Below are positions 1-13,102 of a DNA stretch of 64,000 nt, in pieces. Positions within the stretch are counted from its first letter, which is position 1. Each line of letters begins with the position of its first letter. The notes beneath the pieces are model-generated. The model had not been told where the DNA came from, did no database searches, and worked only from the letters and a program-made list of their open reading frames with translations. The DNA comes from Schmidtea nova (lineage: Eukaryota), in NCBI GenBank assembly GCA_044892505.1, contig CM097884.1:128650001-128714000 (forward strand), written 5' to 3'. A program made the position numbers and the translations under genes.

Positions 1-864
1 AGCTTCCGAGTTTATTCAATGAGATTAGAATAATAAACTTTGTTAATTTTAACTTGTCTATCTGCGAAATCAATATTGATTATTCATTCACTATCCCAAA
101 AAATCGAGAGCATCAAATTTCGACGGTGAATGGTTCCAGATTTCAGCTTCTTTGTCGGCTTTTCATCTAGAAACTTCCATTCTGCTGAAGATCTTTTACT
201 TTCTGGAATATAAAGACTTAGTGGTGTCTCGTCTTCCGTTATAATGTTTTTCAAAAATGACTCACAATGTTCCTCGAACAGTGCAAGATTGTTTTCACAA
301 ATCATTAGCCTTTTTTCACACAATTCAGCTTATAAAAAAATAAGGAACAAACCTGCTGCACAACTTCCGCACACCCATCTCTTTTATCATTTCATGAAAC
401 TTACCGACACTGACATTGACCACCTTCGCCAAATTTTTTACTGTAATCCTTCATTCGTCTTTAATTAACGATTCAATCTGATTTTTTTCTCTGTCTTCAT
501 CAATTTCAATCGGTCTTCCTTGCTTTGATTCATCAATAACTGACATTCCACTTTTGAATTCACTAATCCAATAATAAATAGTTCTATCACATGAACAGTC
601 TTATTTATACGTCTCTTGGAGCATTGCTAATATCTCTAATCTTGAAGCCTCGCGCATTACAAAAAACTTAATCACCGACCGATATTCAATGCTTAAAATT
701 GCCATATTTTGAATGATTAAATATTTGCTCTAAACAAATATTGGTTAAATAAAACAAAATGAAGATTTCTAACCTTTTATAAATTCTCTACAACGGAAAC
801 ATAAAGTTATTATAATATCTTTTATTTTTGATTTCGAGTGCAGGTACTTCGTGAACCAACCACG
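1..864 (-). mobile_element. Mariner transposon, 5' part, decayed; runs off the left window edge
   Basis: Minus-strand terminus CGTGGTTGGTTCACGAAG at 864 with TA at 865-866. ATG at 705 reads MAILSIEYRSVIKF (mariner HTH start). ORF 84-323 has ITEDETPLSLY (first catalytic D) and LMLSIFWD, with in-frame stops after it. Confidence 0.85.
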
Positions 865-879
865 TAGTTCAACAACATA

Positions 880-2621
880 AAGTGAAAATTTTCGATTATA
901 AAATAATCCTCGTCAATCTCTAATTCGGCAAATAACTGGTATCTTCATTCATTCTGCTATTTTTTTCTCGTGAATTATCTTCCTTTTCATTGGATGTTAA
1001 TCTGACTAATATTAATTTTAAATTGTTTTCTAAATATTTTTTGTTAAAAATTTTAAATATAAAATTTAAACTTCAAAATTTTAAAAATTTTTCTAAATTT
1101 TTTTTTTCGAATAAAATTCATCCTTTTTTAAAATTTTTCTTTTTATTGTCTGTATTTTATATATTAATTTTCCAACCCTTTATATTTGAATTTTTTTTGA
1201 ATTTAATTATATCTCTTTGAAATGCCCTTGTATTCTCTGTACTATTTCTTTCTTCGCCATTTTGTTTCCATTTCTTCACTTTTTTTCTTAATAGAACCAC
1301 ATGTTTTTAACAAGATAGTAAGTGGGCGATTTCGCTAACTCCCTCTTTAGAGTTAATGTTTGGGTGTTTGTTTCTAATGAGAATAGCTTCTTTAAGTCTG
1401 AGATTTTGTTCGTCATTTTCGCTTGCCAATATTCTCACTGATATTAATCTTTTCTTATTTTTAGTCTGACATTGTTGAAGATATCTATTTACAGATGACT
1501 TTCCACCGGGATCAAGATGTTCTTTATTTCTCTGATGCATAGTCCGGAAGGTGCTTCCGATGTAAATTTCTTCGCATTTATTACACATGATGCTATAGAC
1601 AATGTTGTTGCGAAAGCATGTTTTCTTTGGTGTTTGGTAATTTCCCATCTTACATGTATTTTCTCTTCTCGCGTTGTTAGCCAGGGTTTTTTTCAATGTC
1701 TTAGATATATGTGCCAAACGAATCAGAAGACCAGTGAGATTAAGTTCTTTAATGATCATAAAATTTATTCGGAATTCGAAGGTAAAATATTTTATTTCAT
1801 TTCGTAGGTCTTTCTGCCTTCTCTGGTTGAATTTTATTTTGTTAATCTAGTTAATATTTTGGTATCCATTACGATGCAGGACTTCAGTAAATATTGTTTG
1901 TTGTACTGAATTGTCCTCTTCCTTTGTGCATCGATTAGCTATCCTTTGTTTCTCATTTCTATAATGAAGTTTACCTTCATCTGATGAGGAAGTGCTGATC
2001 TTTGGTGCATAAATATTTCTTTGCGGGCTGACTTTCTATAGAACCCATATGTTGGTGTGTCTGAGTTGATTTTTATTCTAAGATCTAATAGTTCGAGGGA
2101 TCCGTCTTCTTTCGGGTATTCAATCTCAAATTTTATGTCATTGTGTGCTGCATTGAGAATACGAAATATTTCTTCCGCTTCCTTTTTGCTATTTGTCGTG
2201 ATAAAGATATCATCTACATATCTTGCGTATAGACCAATGGTATTTATGGTTATCAGTGTTTCTTGTTCGAGATAATCCATGAATATAATCGCTAGTATGG
2301 CTGATATACTAGAGCCCATTGGCAGGCCTCTCACTTGTTGGTATACTTTCTGTTCAAATGTAAAGTAAGTGTTTGTGAGAATCACAGTAAGAAGTTCAAT
2401 GATGTCTTCTGTATGCATCTCATTTAGTATAAGTTTACATTTTTTAAACTTTCTTTCTAAACAATTTATTGCATCTTTAGGGTGGATAGAGGTGTATAGT
2501 GATACCACATCGAGGCTAAAGGGATAATTGACTTTGGCATTGGTGTTTTTATCTGTTTTATTCAATTTTGACATAAGACAGTCACTGCTTTGAAGACGGT
2601 GTGTTACTTGGTCCAGCAGTG
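880..2621 (-). mobile_element. Penelope-like retroelement family A, copy 1 (5'-truncated; RT + GIY-YIG + 3' UTR)
   Basis: ORF 1939-2676: SLDVVSLYTSI, GLPMGSSISAILA, RYVDDIF, LELLDL. ORF 1307-1759: VYSIMCNKCEEIYIGSTFRTMHQR..EH (GIY-YIG). The 3' UTR aligns by eye with 32760-33262. Confidence 0.92.
1307..2621 (-). pseudogene. PLE RT/GIY-YIG ORF, broken between domains
   Basis: The RT ORF stops at 1939 and the endonuclease ORF restarts at 1759. The N-terminal part is missing. Confidence 0.85.
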
Positions 2622-2694
2622 GAACAACAAACACTGATAACCATAAATACCATTTCGTATTTTCAATGCGGCACACAATGACATAAAATTTGAG
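2622..2694 (+). repeat. Inverted copy of two internal RT segments at the PLE 5' truncation point
   Basis: 2622-2652 is the reverse complement of 2238-2268 (1 mismatch). 2653-2694 is the reverse complement of 2125-2166 (2 mismatches). Confidence 0.88.
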
Positions 2695-4036
2695 TTATGT
2701 ACATTGAGTTGATGTTACCATTTGAACAATCGACATTAAAGCTGTATCATCTTTATGCAAACATTTAGTTTCACAGTCAAACTCCATTTGTGTGAATTTA
2801 CTTTTCTTAAACACAATTTCTTTCAAGTTTACAATGTTTTCTCCATCAATCTCTAAAGGCCTTCTACTGCTTGGACTATAAAAAACAATTGTTCTTTTCA
2901 ACCTTCTTTAAAAGTCTAAACCGGATTGCACTTCTAAATTCTACTGCATCAAAAAAATTTCTGAATAACTAAAATTAAATTTTAAGAAATAAAACAAACT
3001 GTATTTTTATAACCTTTATATGTATCCTATTTTTAATATTAGAGAACTTTGGTTCAACTTTCTTATTTCCATGTGACTCTATTAACCTTTTAGTTTTATC
3101 ATATACAATGATGTAATCAACAGAAATTGTGTATTCGTATTTTTACCTTATTGAAATGATTGAAGTATCAAATTTGTTCTTTTGAGTCATTTTCCTTTAG
3201 ATTTAATAAAGAGATATTCTAATAATGAAGGAATATTTTCCACTCTTCCGAGTGATGCAAATGGGCTAATTACAAACTAAATATTAAAAAGAAACTGTAA
3301 ATATTTGTAAAGAAATTGCAGGCCTGATAAACGTTCACAATCCATGCATAAAATTCAAGCAATTTCTCATTACTCGTAAAATGTATAAATAAAAAGAAAA
3401 CTCATCGGTTAATAATGAAGATATTCATTTCGAGAAATTGTAAATTTTTATACTTGACTAAAATTACAACAAAACAAAAAAGGTATTAAATTTTTCGATT
3501 TGATTAAGAAATTAAATTTAAATAAAATATTTTAGAAAAATTTTTTTTTAGAATATAAATTAATAATTCATTCACATCAATTAATACATTACAATATTAT
3601 AGTAAATATTCATATATTCACTATTTATAAATAAAAACTTTTGATATTACAATGTGAAAATATTAATATACAACCGAAACAATCTATTAAATGAAAGAAA
3701 TTGAAAATTATATATATATATATATATACAACAATTTGGAAAACTAATGATTCTTACTCTGACTTGTCCAATGATAATAAGGTCGAATTCCTTGCAATAT
3801 CTACATTATAAAAAAATTAATTTATTATTATTATTATTAAATGGTGGTTTTTTGGTAGCAGGATTATAAAATATAAAAAATTAACAAGGTAAGCCTTTGC
3901 TGTAAAGTAATATTAGGTGAAAATTTTGCAGCACATTTATCTTGTTATTTGTTAATTATTCAATAAGATTGTTAGTTACAATAGAATTGGATTCAATTTC
4001 TGTAGTCATTGTACGTTGTTAATAAGACAAGTTAAA

Positions 4037-4037
<1 letters not shown>

Positions 4038-4115
<78 letters not shown>
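4038..4115. repeat. (TA)n microsatellite
   Basis: Direct reading. Confidence 0.98.
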
Positions 4116-4121
<6 letters not shown>

Positions 4122-6830
4122 CAGGGCCGGATTTACAATTTTTGGGGCCCTAGGCCAACAAAAATTTGAGGCCCCATTTTGAAAAATAAAAAATATTGCT
4201 AAGTTATTAAATTCAAAAATATATTACAACTTTAATATAATTCAAGATTTTATTTCAATTTGTAAAAAATATTGTTTACAATCTACATAATCTTTTTTCT
4301 GTATTTTTTATCAACAAAATCTTTAACCAATGAATCAAAATAAATCGACTTCATTTTGTCAGCATTACTTGATAATAATTCAAAATTATTTAACATTTTT
4401 TGTGACAAAGTTGATCACAAATCATTTTTCGTTAATTTTAATTTTGAAAATGACCTCTCTCTAGAGCAGTTTGATATCATGAAACATATGAAAATTCTCA
4501 GAACTATCTCGGTATTAGGAAATGCAGCCTCCATTTGTTTTTCTTTAATAAGTTTGTACAAATCCAAATGGGACAATTAAGGAGCTTGAGTATTGAAATG
4601 ATCTTTCAAATAATGATGTAGATGTTCGATTTCTGCATATAAATTTTCGTCAATGTCTTCTGCTTAGTCTTCCACCAGACGGTCAACAGAAATCTTCAGT
4701 TTATCTTTATTGATTCTTGTGTCTATTAAAAATCCAAATTTGTCATTCAATTCCATGTAGCATTGGACTCTTTCTTTCAAATTTGTTGTGAGATTATTGA
4801 TGATTTTTAAGAAAACATTTGTCTTAAACTCTTCACGTGGACTCAACTGGGTTTCTTCTGAGCGATTTTCACCTGAAAGAACTTTTCTTTGACGTAGTTT
4901 CTTTTCTAAATAACCAGTGTCTGGTACCAGTAATTTAGCATCTTGTTCTATTAAATCGAAATTTTCAGTTAATCCAATAAGATAATCACCAAGAGATGAA
5001 TAAAGTTCAGAACATGTATCCAGAGTTATAGTTACACTTTGCAATGATTTGGAAACTGCATTCATTCGTTGTAAAATTTGATACCACATTACTATTTGTA
5101 AGGCAAATTCAAAAGGTTCCATTTTCGACAGTAAATTGCCAGCCTCAGCTCTTGCTTTCGTTTCAAAACTTTCTCTCTCATTGATTGTGAGCAATGCTTC
5201 CATCAATTTGTCGTAGTTCTGCTGAATGGATTTGACCGAGTCAGCATGGGCGCTCCATCGAGTATTAAATAGTGATTTCAATGAACTACTTGCCAATTGT
5301 CCAAAAATACTCCATCGCTTTGTAGAAACAGAGAAAAAATTGTAGAGTTTATGAACAATACCGAAAAAATTAATTCCTTCGATGCAACAGTCCACAGCAG
5401 CCTCTCCCACTAAGTTAAGAGAATGACCTGAACATGGCAAGAATTTTGCCAGCTTATTGAGTTCCAAAATTTTAGTTTTCATGCCTATATATTTTCCAGT
5501 CATATTGCTCGCGTTATTATAAGACTGGCTTCTGCAGTTGCTGATTTCCAAGTTCAATCTTTCGTCTAAAAAGCCCACGGTTACATTTGCTAAATTTTCC
5601 CCTGTGTGATTATCGATGTGGATGTAGTTGACAAATCACACAAAGTTGATCTTTGTGGCTCACATCAGGTGTCGAGTCTACTGATAATCCATAATACTTC
5701 GATTTTAGAACATCATCGCTGATTGATTGCAAAAGTTTTCTTGCCATCAATACGATCAACTCCTCACATGTAGTCTTTGAGGGGTAGTTTGTTTTTTTTC
5801 AGAACCACTGTCACCATAAATTTTTATGTGTTTGGCCAAAAAAGAATCAAACTGTGTAATCAACTCGAGCAGACCAATAAAATTCCCGTTGCTCTCAGCC
5901 CCAAACTTTTCATTTGAACCTCTAAAAGCTACGTATCTTTCAATCAATGTGCAAATTATAGCCGTGACTCTTCTTAGAACCTCTCTCCAGTAGTTTTTCT
6001 CTTTGCGAATTTCGTTTAGAAGTTGATCCTTTAAAACGTTGTTATTTTTTCTGTGAAAGTATGCTAAAGAAGCTTTTCTGTGGTCCGATGAGTTCTCTTG
6101 GCCTTGAATTGATGCCACAGAATTTTTCCAATCTTTAAATCCCGTTGAAGCTAAAGCAAATTTTGAGGCTTCAAAAAGTTTGCAGACAAAACAGAATACA
6201 CAACCCAACGCTGGTGAATATATGAGCCATTCTCTATTAAACGTTTCACCGTTCACCTTTTTCCCCACAAACAAGCTTTTTGAGCTATATCGATCGCGAT
6301 CTTGATACGTCATTATAGAGGATTTAAAGTCATTATCTGCATTTTGACATGTTGACGGACTGCTTTCTATCCAAAATTGTATTTCCTCAGCTGAAAAGTT
6401 ATCCCAAAGTCCTGGATCACTTTTTCTATTCAATGGCAAATCTTTTTGAATATCCGTCGCTTCATCGAGTTCTCATTGTTCGTTTAAAGTTTGAATCACC
6501 AAGATTGGGTCCTCTAAGACACCCGATAAACTAGCTTCTTCACTTGTGCCAAAGTTTGTAAAATTAGCTGAAGTTGATGAATTAGCACCAGATTCTGTTT
6601 TCAACAGAAAACTATCGAGATTTCGAAGTTTCTTAATTTTTTTTCTATTTCTGCTATTTTCTTTCTTTTTGCAGCTCCACTTTCATAAGTTCTTAAGGAG
6701 CTTCTTCCCATTTCTGGTTGAATTTTTTTTTCTCGGAGAAATTAACTTAATATTTTTTAATTTTAAGATGAAATTTTTATCAATAAAAATATTAAAATCA
6801 CTATGAAATAATTATATTGCAAATCGATTG
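4122..6830 (-). mobile_element. hAT transposon (ZnF-TTF/DUF4371, ZMYM1-like type); one terminus visible
   Basis: Terminus CAGGGCCGGATTTACA...GGGGCCC at 4122. The opposite terminal inverted repeat (TIR) was not found; the sequence runs into (TA)n at 6846, so the right boundary is approximate. Confidence 0.85.
4283..6711 (-). pseudogene. hAT transposase, frameshifted
   Basis: Start MGRSSLRTYESGAAKRKK. Motifs: REWLIYS...VFCFVCKLF...GFKDWKN (TTF zinc finger), VDSTPDVSHKDQ, SYNNASNMTG, CSGHSLNLV, TRWS, and FPNTEIVLRIF...ERSFSKLKL (dimerisation domain). Several stops and frameshifts. Confidence 0.92.
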
Positions 6831-6833
6831 GTA

Positions 6834-6845
<12 letters not shown>

Positions 6846-6889
<44 letters not shown>
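6846..6889. repeat. (TA)n microsatellite
   Basis: Direct reading. Confidence 0.97.
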
Positions 6890-6892
<3 letters not shown>

Positions 6893-8713
6893 ACAAACTA
6901 ATTTTTTTCAATCACTTTGTAAGATGTTGAAGTTTCGATACTGTAATTCATTATTTCAATTATTTTAGATTTTCAACATATTTTAAATTATACAAACAAA
7001 CTTAAAATATTTAAACTTATAAATTAAAAATCAGGGCAGCCATGCATATTAAAGTTAAAATATTTATCAAATAACCTTATTTGAATTTGAAATAAGATGT
7101 TAGATTTTAAAATATTGTTGGGTTTATATTTTGAGTAGGTTTATTTTCTGACTCCTCGTAATCCTTTAATTGATAAAATAACTAAGACTCAACACAATAA
7201 AAATTTTTATTTTTTAACTCTTTCTTTTAACTTCCAATTTCTGTTTGTTTTCTTGTCAAACGTTGGATCGATTTTTAACCCACTTCCCGATATCCAATCG
7301 ATCTGAAAATTTGCGAGCAGACTCGTGGTAGCCCACAAATTATTCCATTGAAAAATTGAAAAATTTAGAAACAATGTGATTTTTCAATTTACTGTTGCCA
7401 AGAAACTACCAAACAATGAAACAACAATAAAATTAACCGAGAACATGAGAAAAAGAAAGAGTTACATTAAAAACTTGTTTTTATGGGTTCCTATTTTTCT
7501 ATTCAACAATTTATAACGACTAAAATAAATACAATTTTCTCAATTTTCTACGCAAACTTTCTGCACTCTTTGTCACAAGCGATAGGGATAGGTCTATCAA
7601 GGGTATATTGCCCTTTCTGATTCACTTTGATTTGCTAATGTTAGATTTACAATTGCTTCCTTCTTCTTTACCAGATAGGTGTATCTGTCAACAATTATCT
7701 TCCACCAACTGGTGATTCGATGTTGTTTCTTTGTTGATTTTATAGTTTTTTATTTTTGTCAACAATTTGATTACGTTTCCTAACTTGGAATCTAACTTGA
7801 TTATCAACTTTTGTAATTTGGTTTTTGCTGTTTACAATTTGTTATAATTAGATTTGATTGATTTGCGCTTCTCGTAATTTAATTTCCACTTGTTGGTTTT
7901 CCCCTAGTTCGGGCTCTCCATTAGTCCTGGTCTCCATGCACTCAGGCTTCTCATTGACTCGGGTTTTCTACATAACTAATAAATTATTCATTAATTTTTA
8001 ATTATTTTTAATTTATTGAATATCTTTTTCTGGAACCTTCATTGGTGTTTTATTATCATATTCGTACTCGTCTCTCATTTGCCACCCGTATATACCAATT
8101 TTCAACGTAAAATCTTTATTTTTAATTTTTCCAAATTTTTAATTAATTTTTAAGCTTTAATTATCCTTTTTTTGATTTTGTGTTTTTTATTGATTTGCTT
8201 ATAGTTTTATGTTTTTTTTATTTCGTGATTATTTAAGCACAACCCCTACAATATAAAACGGTGATTTTCCAAATTTTCTTTCACATCCCTCTTTTTTACA
8301 ATCGTTCATCTTCTCAATATTTTTTGATTATCGTCTTTGTTAGTCATGCACATCTAGTGCACTTAGATTGCACTCGGATTGGATATTTAATATTTTATTA
8401 ATATTATTATTTGAAATTTATGAGGATGTATGTCTTTACTAGTCATTTACACATGTTGACTTGAATTACACTTAGATTATATACTCTTTTTGTAATTTTA
8501 ATTAATTTTTTAAAAGCATTTTGTGTGTTTATGTATAACCCCCAACATTATGATTATTTGAAATTGATGTGGCTTTGTTAGTCATGTAAGTTTATTTGTT
8601 GATAGAAATAAAAATATTTGATAACAGTACCTGAGCCCAAAATCCATCACCAAAAGGATTCTTTTAGCAAAGTTCTGTTAAAAATGTTCTATAACCAAGG
8701 TTTAATCAGTATA

Positions 8714-10004
8714 CGTGGTGCGCCCAATAAGTCATGAGACTAATATAGAAAAAATAATAGTAAAAAAATTGATACAGACATTTAAACTTCAACATATATA
8801 GGTAATGAAAATGTATTTTGTTTTAATAATCCATTATTGTTTAAGTATATTTTTGCGAACATTCGAAAAATGCCTCTGGAAACTATTAAATACCGTAGCG
8901 TTATTCGCTTTCTCTTTCTGAAAGGAAAAAATAGGGAAGAGGTTCTTTCTGAACTAAAAGCTGTTTACCAACAAGAGTGCCCATCCACAGCAACAATTTA
9001 TCGTTGGTTCAATTACTTTCAGAGTGGTAGAACCTCCGTGGTGGACGAAGAAAGATCTGCAACTTCTCAGAACTTGATGAAAAAATAACGCAAAAGCTGC
9101 AGAAAATCGTGCAAAACGAGAGAAAAATAACGACGAGAGAGCTCACAGCCCGTCTAAATGTGAGCAAAGGCACTGTTCATACTCTCTTCACTGAAAGTGG
9201 TATTCGAAAACTATATTCCCGTTTTGTGTCACGCTTCTTAACGGTGGAAATGTGACAACGACGCTTGGAATGCTGCTTGGAGAATCTGCAGATCATTAGC
9301 AATGTTGGAGACCGTTTCATTGATAATATCATCACTGTGGACGAGACACCGTTGTCCCTTTATGCCCCCGAATCTAAAAAAGAGTCTCAAGAATGGAAAC
9401 TGCCAGGAGAAAGAAGCTCACTGAAAATGCGGTCCTCAACTTGCCACCGAAAGGCTCTCATGCTGACGGTGTTTTGGGACGCCAATGGCATTATTCTGAC
9501 TGACTTTGCTGAATCCGGCGTGAAGATCAATAGTTCTTACTACTCCAACATCGTGCAGCAAGCAAGGAAGGCACGACGCAAGAGCAGAGTGTGTGATCTC
9601 TATTTGTTATACACGATAATGCTCCCATCCACACCAGCAGCGTTTCCATGGCCAAAATTGAGCGTTGCGGGCTCAATTTGCTTCCCCATCCACCATACAG
9701 CTCCAATTTGGCTCCCTCCGATTTTTTCCTGTTTAACCATCTTAAGAAGCATCTGCGGGGCCAGGTGTTTGCCAACAAACATGATTTGAGAGTAGCCGTG
9801 GAGAGTTTTCTGGGAGAAAAGCCTCCAGAATTCTTCAAAAACGCTTTCGAAAATCTCGTTATTCGCTGGGAAAATTGTGTCAGTGCAGAAGGAAATTATT
9901 TTGAGAAATGATGCCTATTTACCATGCTTGTTCTAAATACAAAGTTTTGTGTTGATATCTTAAGTCTTTCTATTTTAGTCTCACGACTTATTGGGCGCAC
10001 CACG
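8714..10004 (+). mobile_element. Full-length mariner transposon (1291 bp), TA target-site duplication (TSD)
   Basis: About 37-bp TIRs CGTGGTGCGCCCAATAAGTC(A/G)TGAGACTAA.ATAGAA with 2 mismatches. TA at 8712-8713 and 10005-10006. Confidence 0.96.
8870..9911 (+). pseudogene. Mariner DD34D transposase, disrupted
   Basis: MPLETIKYRSVIRFL, ITVDETPLSLY, HDNAPIH (shifted frame), HPPYSSNLAPSDFFLF, RWENCV. Split over three ORFs. Confidence 0.93.
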
Positions 10005-10918
10005 TATTTTAACAGACTTGAAATTATATTAACAAAGTAGTAAAAAACAGCTATTATTAAAATCTGTCATTTTGCCATTATCAACCAATTATTGGTAAAT
10101 TCAATCATTTTTGAAATATTTTTATATTAGTTAGTATACATGATCAATTTTTATTACTTTCAGAGTAAAAATGATCGCGTACAAATACTCATGTATATCG
10201 GCTAGTAAATGTAAAAATCTGACAGTATATTGATTTAATAATATTAGGATTTTTAAGTATCATATGTAGCATATAAAATGACCAATTTTCGTATATCATT
10301 AGAAAAGATGGTTATTTTTTGTGATTTGGGTATCATTGACAGTTAATTTAATTATAGTAATACATGAATGATATGTTCGAGTATCAAGCTTTTTACCCTA
10401 ACTATTTTTGTAAATTAGTAAATTTATATTAAGTATATTGTTATCATCAAAAACCAAATATTTGATATTGTTTGCTTGAGTTTTATTTAATAAATTAATG
10501 GACTTTTCTCAGTATCATCGGTAAAATAATACAATTTTCTTATTATCACCAAGGAAAATATGATCACTTTTATATATAAATTAGCTCCTAAAAACTTTGT
10601 CAATTTTTATTAAAAACAGTCAATTTTATATAAAATGTGTGTTCAAAGGGGAAATTTTTAAGCTCAAAAATCATCACAAAATGGGTTTTGCTAATAAAGG
10701 TTTTGCTAACAAGGTCCAACTACCATGAAAACTGTCATTGAAATATTGATGAAAATAAAGTATGTTAAGGTAAATATTGTGATAATGATTTATATATGTT
10801 CAAAATCAATCAAAAAGTAAAAAATTTTCATTGAGAATGTATCACTAATAAATATATGTGTGAGTGATAGATGTTCGAAAATAAACCCAAATCAAAAGTA
10901 TTTCTATGTGTATCAATA

Positions 10919-11172
10919 CTGCCCTCCTTATCAAATAGACCGTAACTGCAAAAATACACTTAGGAGATAAATAACAAAACGTGTTTTCAATTCTGCCAAC
11001 CAGTTAACCTAAACCAATCATCCATTTATATTTGTTTGCATTCTAAGGCCTCGGACTAGATACGGTCTTATCGCTAAGTAGAATGAAGGTTAATTGCAAC
11101 TGCATACAGTTGACGCATCTAACTCGATTTTTGTAGTTTTGTCAGTTACGGTCTATTTGATAAGGAGGGCAG
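10919..11172. mobile_element. 254-bp MITE with perfect 30-bp TIRs and 4-bp TSD AATA (possibly Sola1-like)
   Basis: CTGCCCTCCTTATCAAATAGACCGTAACTG and its exact reverse complement. AATA at 10915-10918 and 11173-11176. The superfamily is inferred from TSD length and terminus only. Confidence 0.9.
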
Positions 11173-11670
11173 AATAGAGGTTGCAGCTAGTTGAAAATCT
11201 GGTAAATTAATGATATCATAGTAATATATTTAGTAAAATATTACAATTTTCTATATATCAGGAAGTAATAAATGGTAATTTTGACTAAGAATTAATAAAT
11301 TCCATTATTTTTTAAGTAAATTTGATATCATTTTCTTGTACAACCTTGTCAATTTTTATTAAAATATCAATTTATATGAAAAGTATGTTTCAGTAGGAAG
11401 CTTTTATGTCCAAAGACCATCACAAAACGGGTTTTACTACCAAGGTTCGATACAAAGCCATTATTTATATATATTAACTAGTTGCAAACAATTATTTTTA
11501 TGTTTGTCAGAAAGCAGTTATATTATAAATGGTAAAGTCTGTAATTATTCTAAATATTTTGACAATTTATAATTTCACTATATTCGTTAAGATGGTAGAT
11601 TTCTGAGTATTAATAAGTTAAAACCAGTTATTTGAATAGTATATGGAAAAGTCTGTCATTTTAAAAGTAA

Positions 11671-11872
11671 AACCAATCCCTCACTTAACGAATTAATTCA
11701 ATCTCAAAAAATTGAACGTAAATCGAAATTTTGTTAAGCGAATTTTTATTTTTATTATCGGTAATATAAACCAAGAATAATACCGATAATTAAAAACAAA
11801 TTCACTTAACGAAATTTTGATTTACTTTCAATTTTTTGGGTACGAATTAATTCGTTAAGCAGGGGATTTGTT
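11671..11872. mobile_element. About 200-bp MITE (pogo/Tigger-like ends)
   Basis: Imperfect TIRs AATCCCTCACTTAACGAATTAATTC / GAATTAATTCGTTAAGCAGGGGATT, with internal TTAACGAA repeats. Confidence 0.75.
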
Positions 11873-12198
11873 TATTTCATATTGACCAATATAAAACATG
11901 GTCATTTAGAGAGTAAACAGTCATTGTCTTATTTTATATGTGTTAAAATGATAGTTTTCTTGGTAACATGGTCATTTCTAGCATATGTCTTAGATAAATA
12001 TAGTAAAAATCCTATGTTCGAAAAAAAGCTTTTAAGCCAAAAATTCACCACGGGTTTCACTACAATAGATTCTGTTATCGATGTATGTTCTTAGCTATTT
12101 TTGAAGTATATTTGATATTTAAAATATGTGGAATTCATTGTTAATTAAATGAAGTCAAAGTTATGATTATTGACAAACACAGTTTTCAATTAACTTAC

Positions 12199-12275
12199 TG
12201 CCATTGAGATTCTCAATTTCCTTTCTATAATCTTCATTTGATCGGGCGTATTGTTGGTCTTCTGGAGAGTTAATA
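12199..12275 (-). CDS. Candidate internal exon of an unidentified host gene (INSPEDQQYARSNEDYRKEIENLNG)
   Basis: Acceptor TTATTTTCAG, donor GTAAGT, 77 nt, open frame, higher GC than flanks. No homology recognised. Confidence 0.4.
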
Positions 12276-12970
12276 CTGAAAATAATTCTCAATAAAAATG
12301 TGAAAAAAGTATCTGAATTTAACTCAATACTAGTTTTAATTTATTTGACCAAATAATGTAAAAAATTTGCCAGAGCCTGCTCCATTTATATCAAATATGT
12401 AAAGGTTGTCTTTGTTATTTAATATAATATATTACAAATAATTTCGAAAATAAACAATCAAAATATTCATGAAAATTTGACCTTATATTTGTGCAAAATT
12501 TCGTTCAAAAAGTTGATGAATCTTAATCCTCACTTCACTATAAGCAGACAATTTGTTAGTCACACTCTTGTGATATTTTAACACTTTGATAGAAAATAGT
12601 TGTATGCTTATTTCAAATTTGATGGATGTGGTTAGATCTGAATGTATTTAACCATAACCATTTCAATTATTTAAATACAGATTCAAAAAAATAACATTTT
12701 CACCAAAAAAAGTATGCAATCAAGAATAGACTGGTTAAAAGTATACTCATAATAGTCAGTACATTAACAAGCGTTATACCCGAGTGATGTTCGGAGTAAA
12801 CTGTTTAGTGGTTAATAGCTGTTTTCCTAGTTATCTCATGGCTTTATTGATTGCCTCTAATAAATATATTTGTATGCATAGGGCAATGTACACAGATTTC
12901 AGCTTATAGCAGTCTGAATTTGGAAATGATGTACCTTTAATTAAATTATTATTTAACAATTGATTTATTG

Positions 12971-13102
12971 AGTAATGTAATGATTATTAAAAAACAAGTT
13001 GTTTAAATAATCAACAAGAAGGAGTTGTTTTTAAAAAATAAATATTAAGTTTTTCAACTGTTCAATTGTTTATTTTTGATGTGAGATATTAAGATAGTTA
13101 CT
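12971..13102 (+). repeat. 5' LTR (AGTAA...TTACT)
   Basis: Direct repeat of 17392-17523. AATAAA at 13037-13042. Confidence 0.97.

Noticed and set aside
2695-2908. 68-aa minus-strand ORF as a host exon
   Set aside because: No recognisable homology and no convincing partner exon; left unresolved.
7400-8400. Coding-like purine-rich minus strand (gag-like relic)
   Set aside because: Many stops in all frames, and no motif, LTR or PBS identified.
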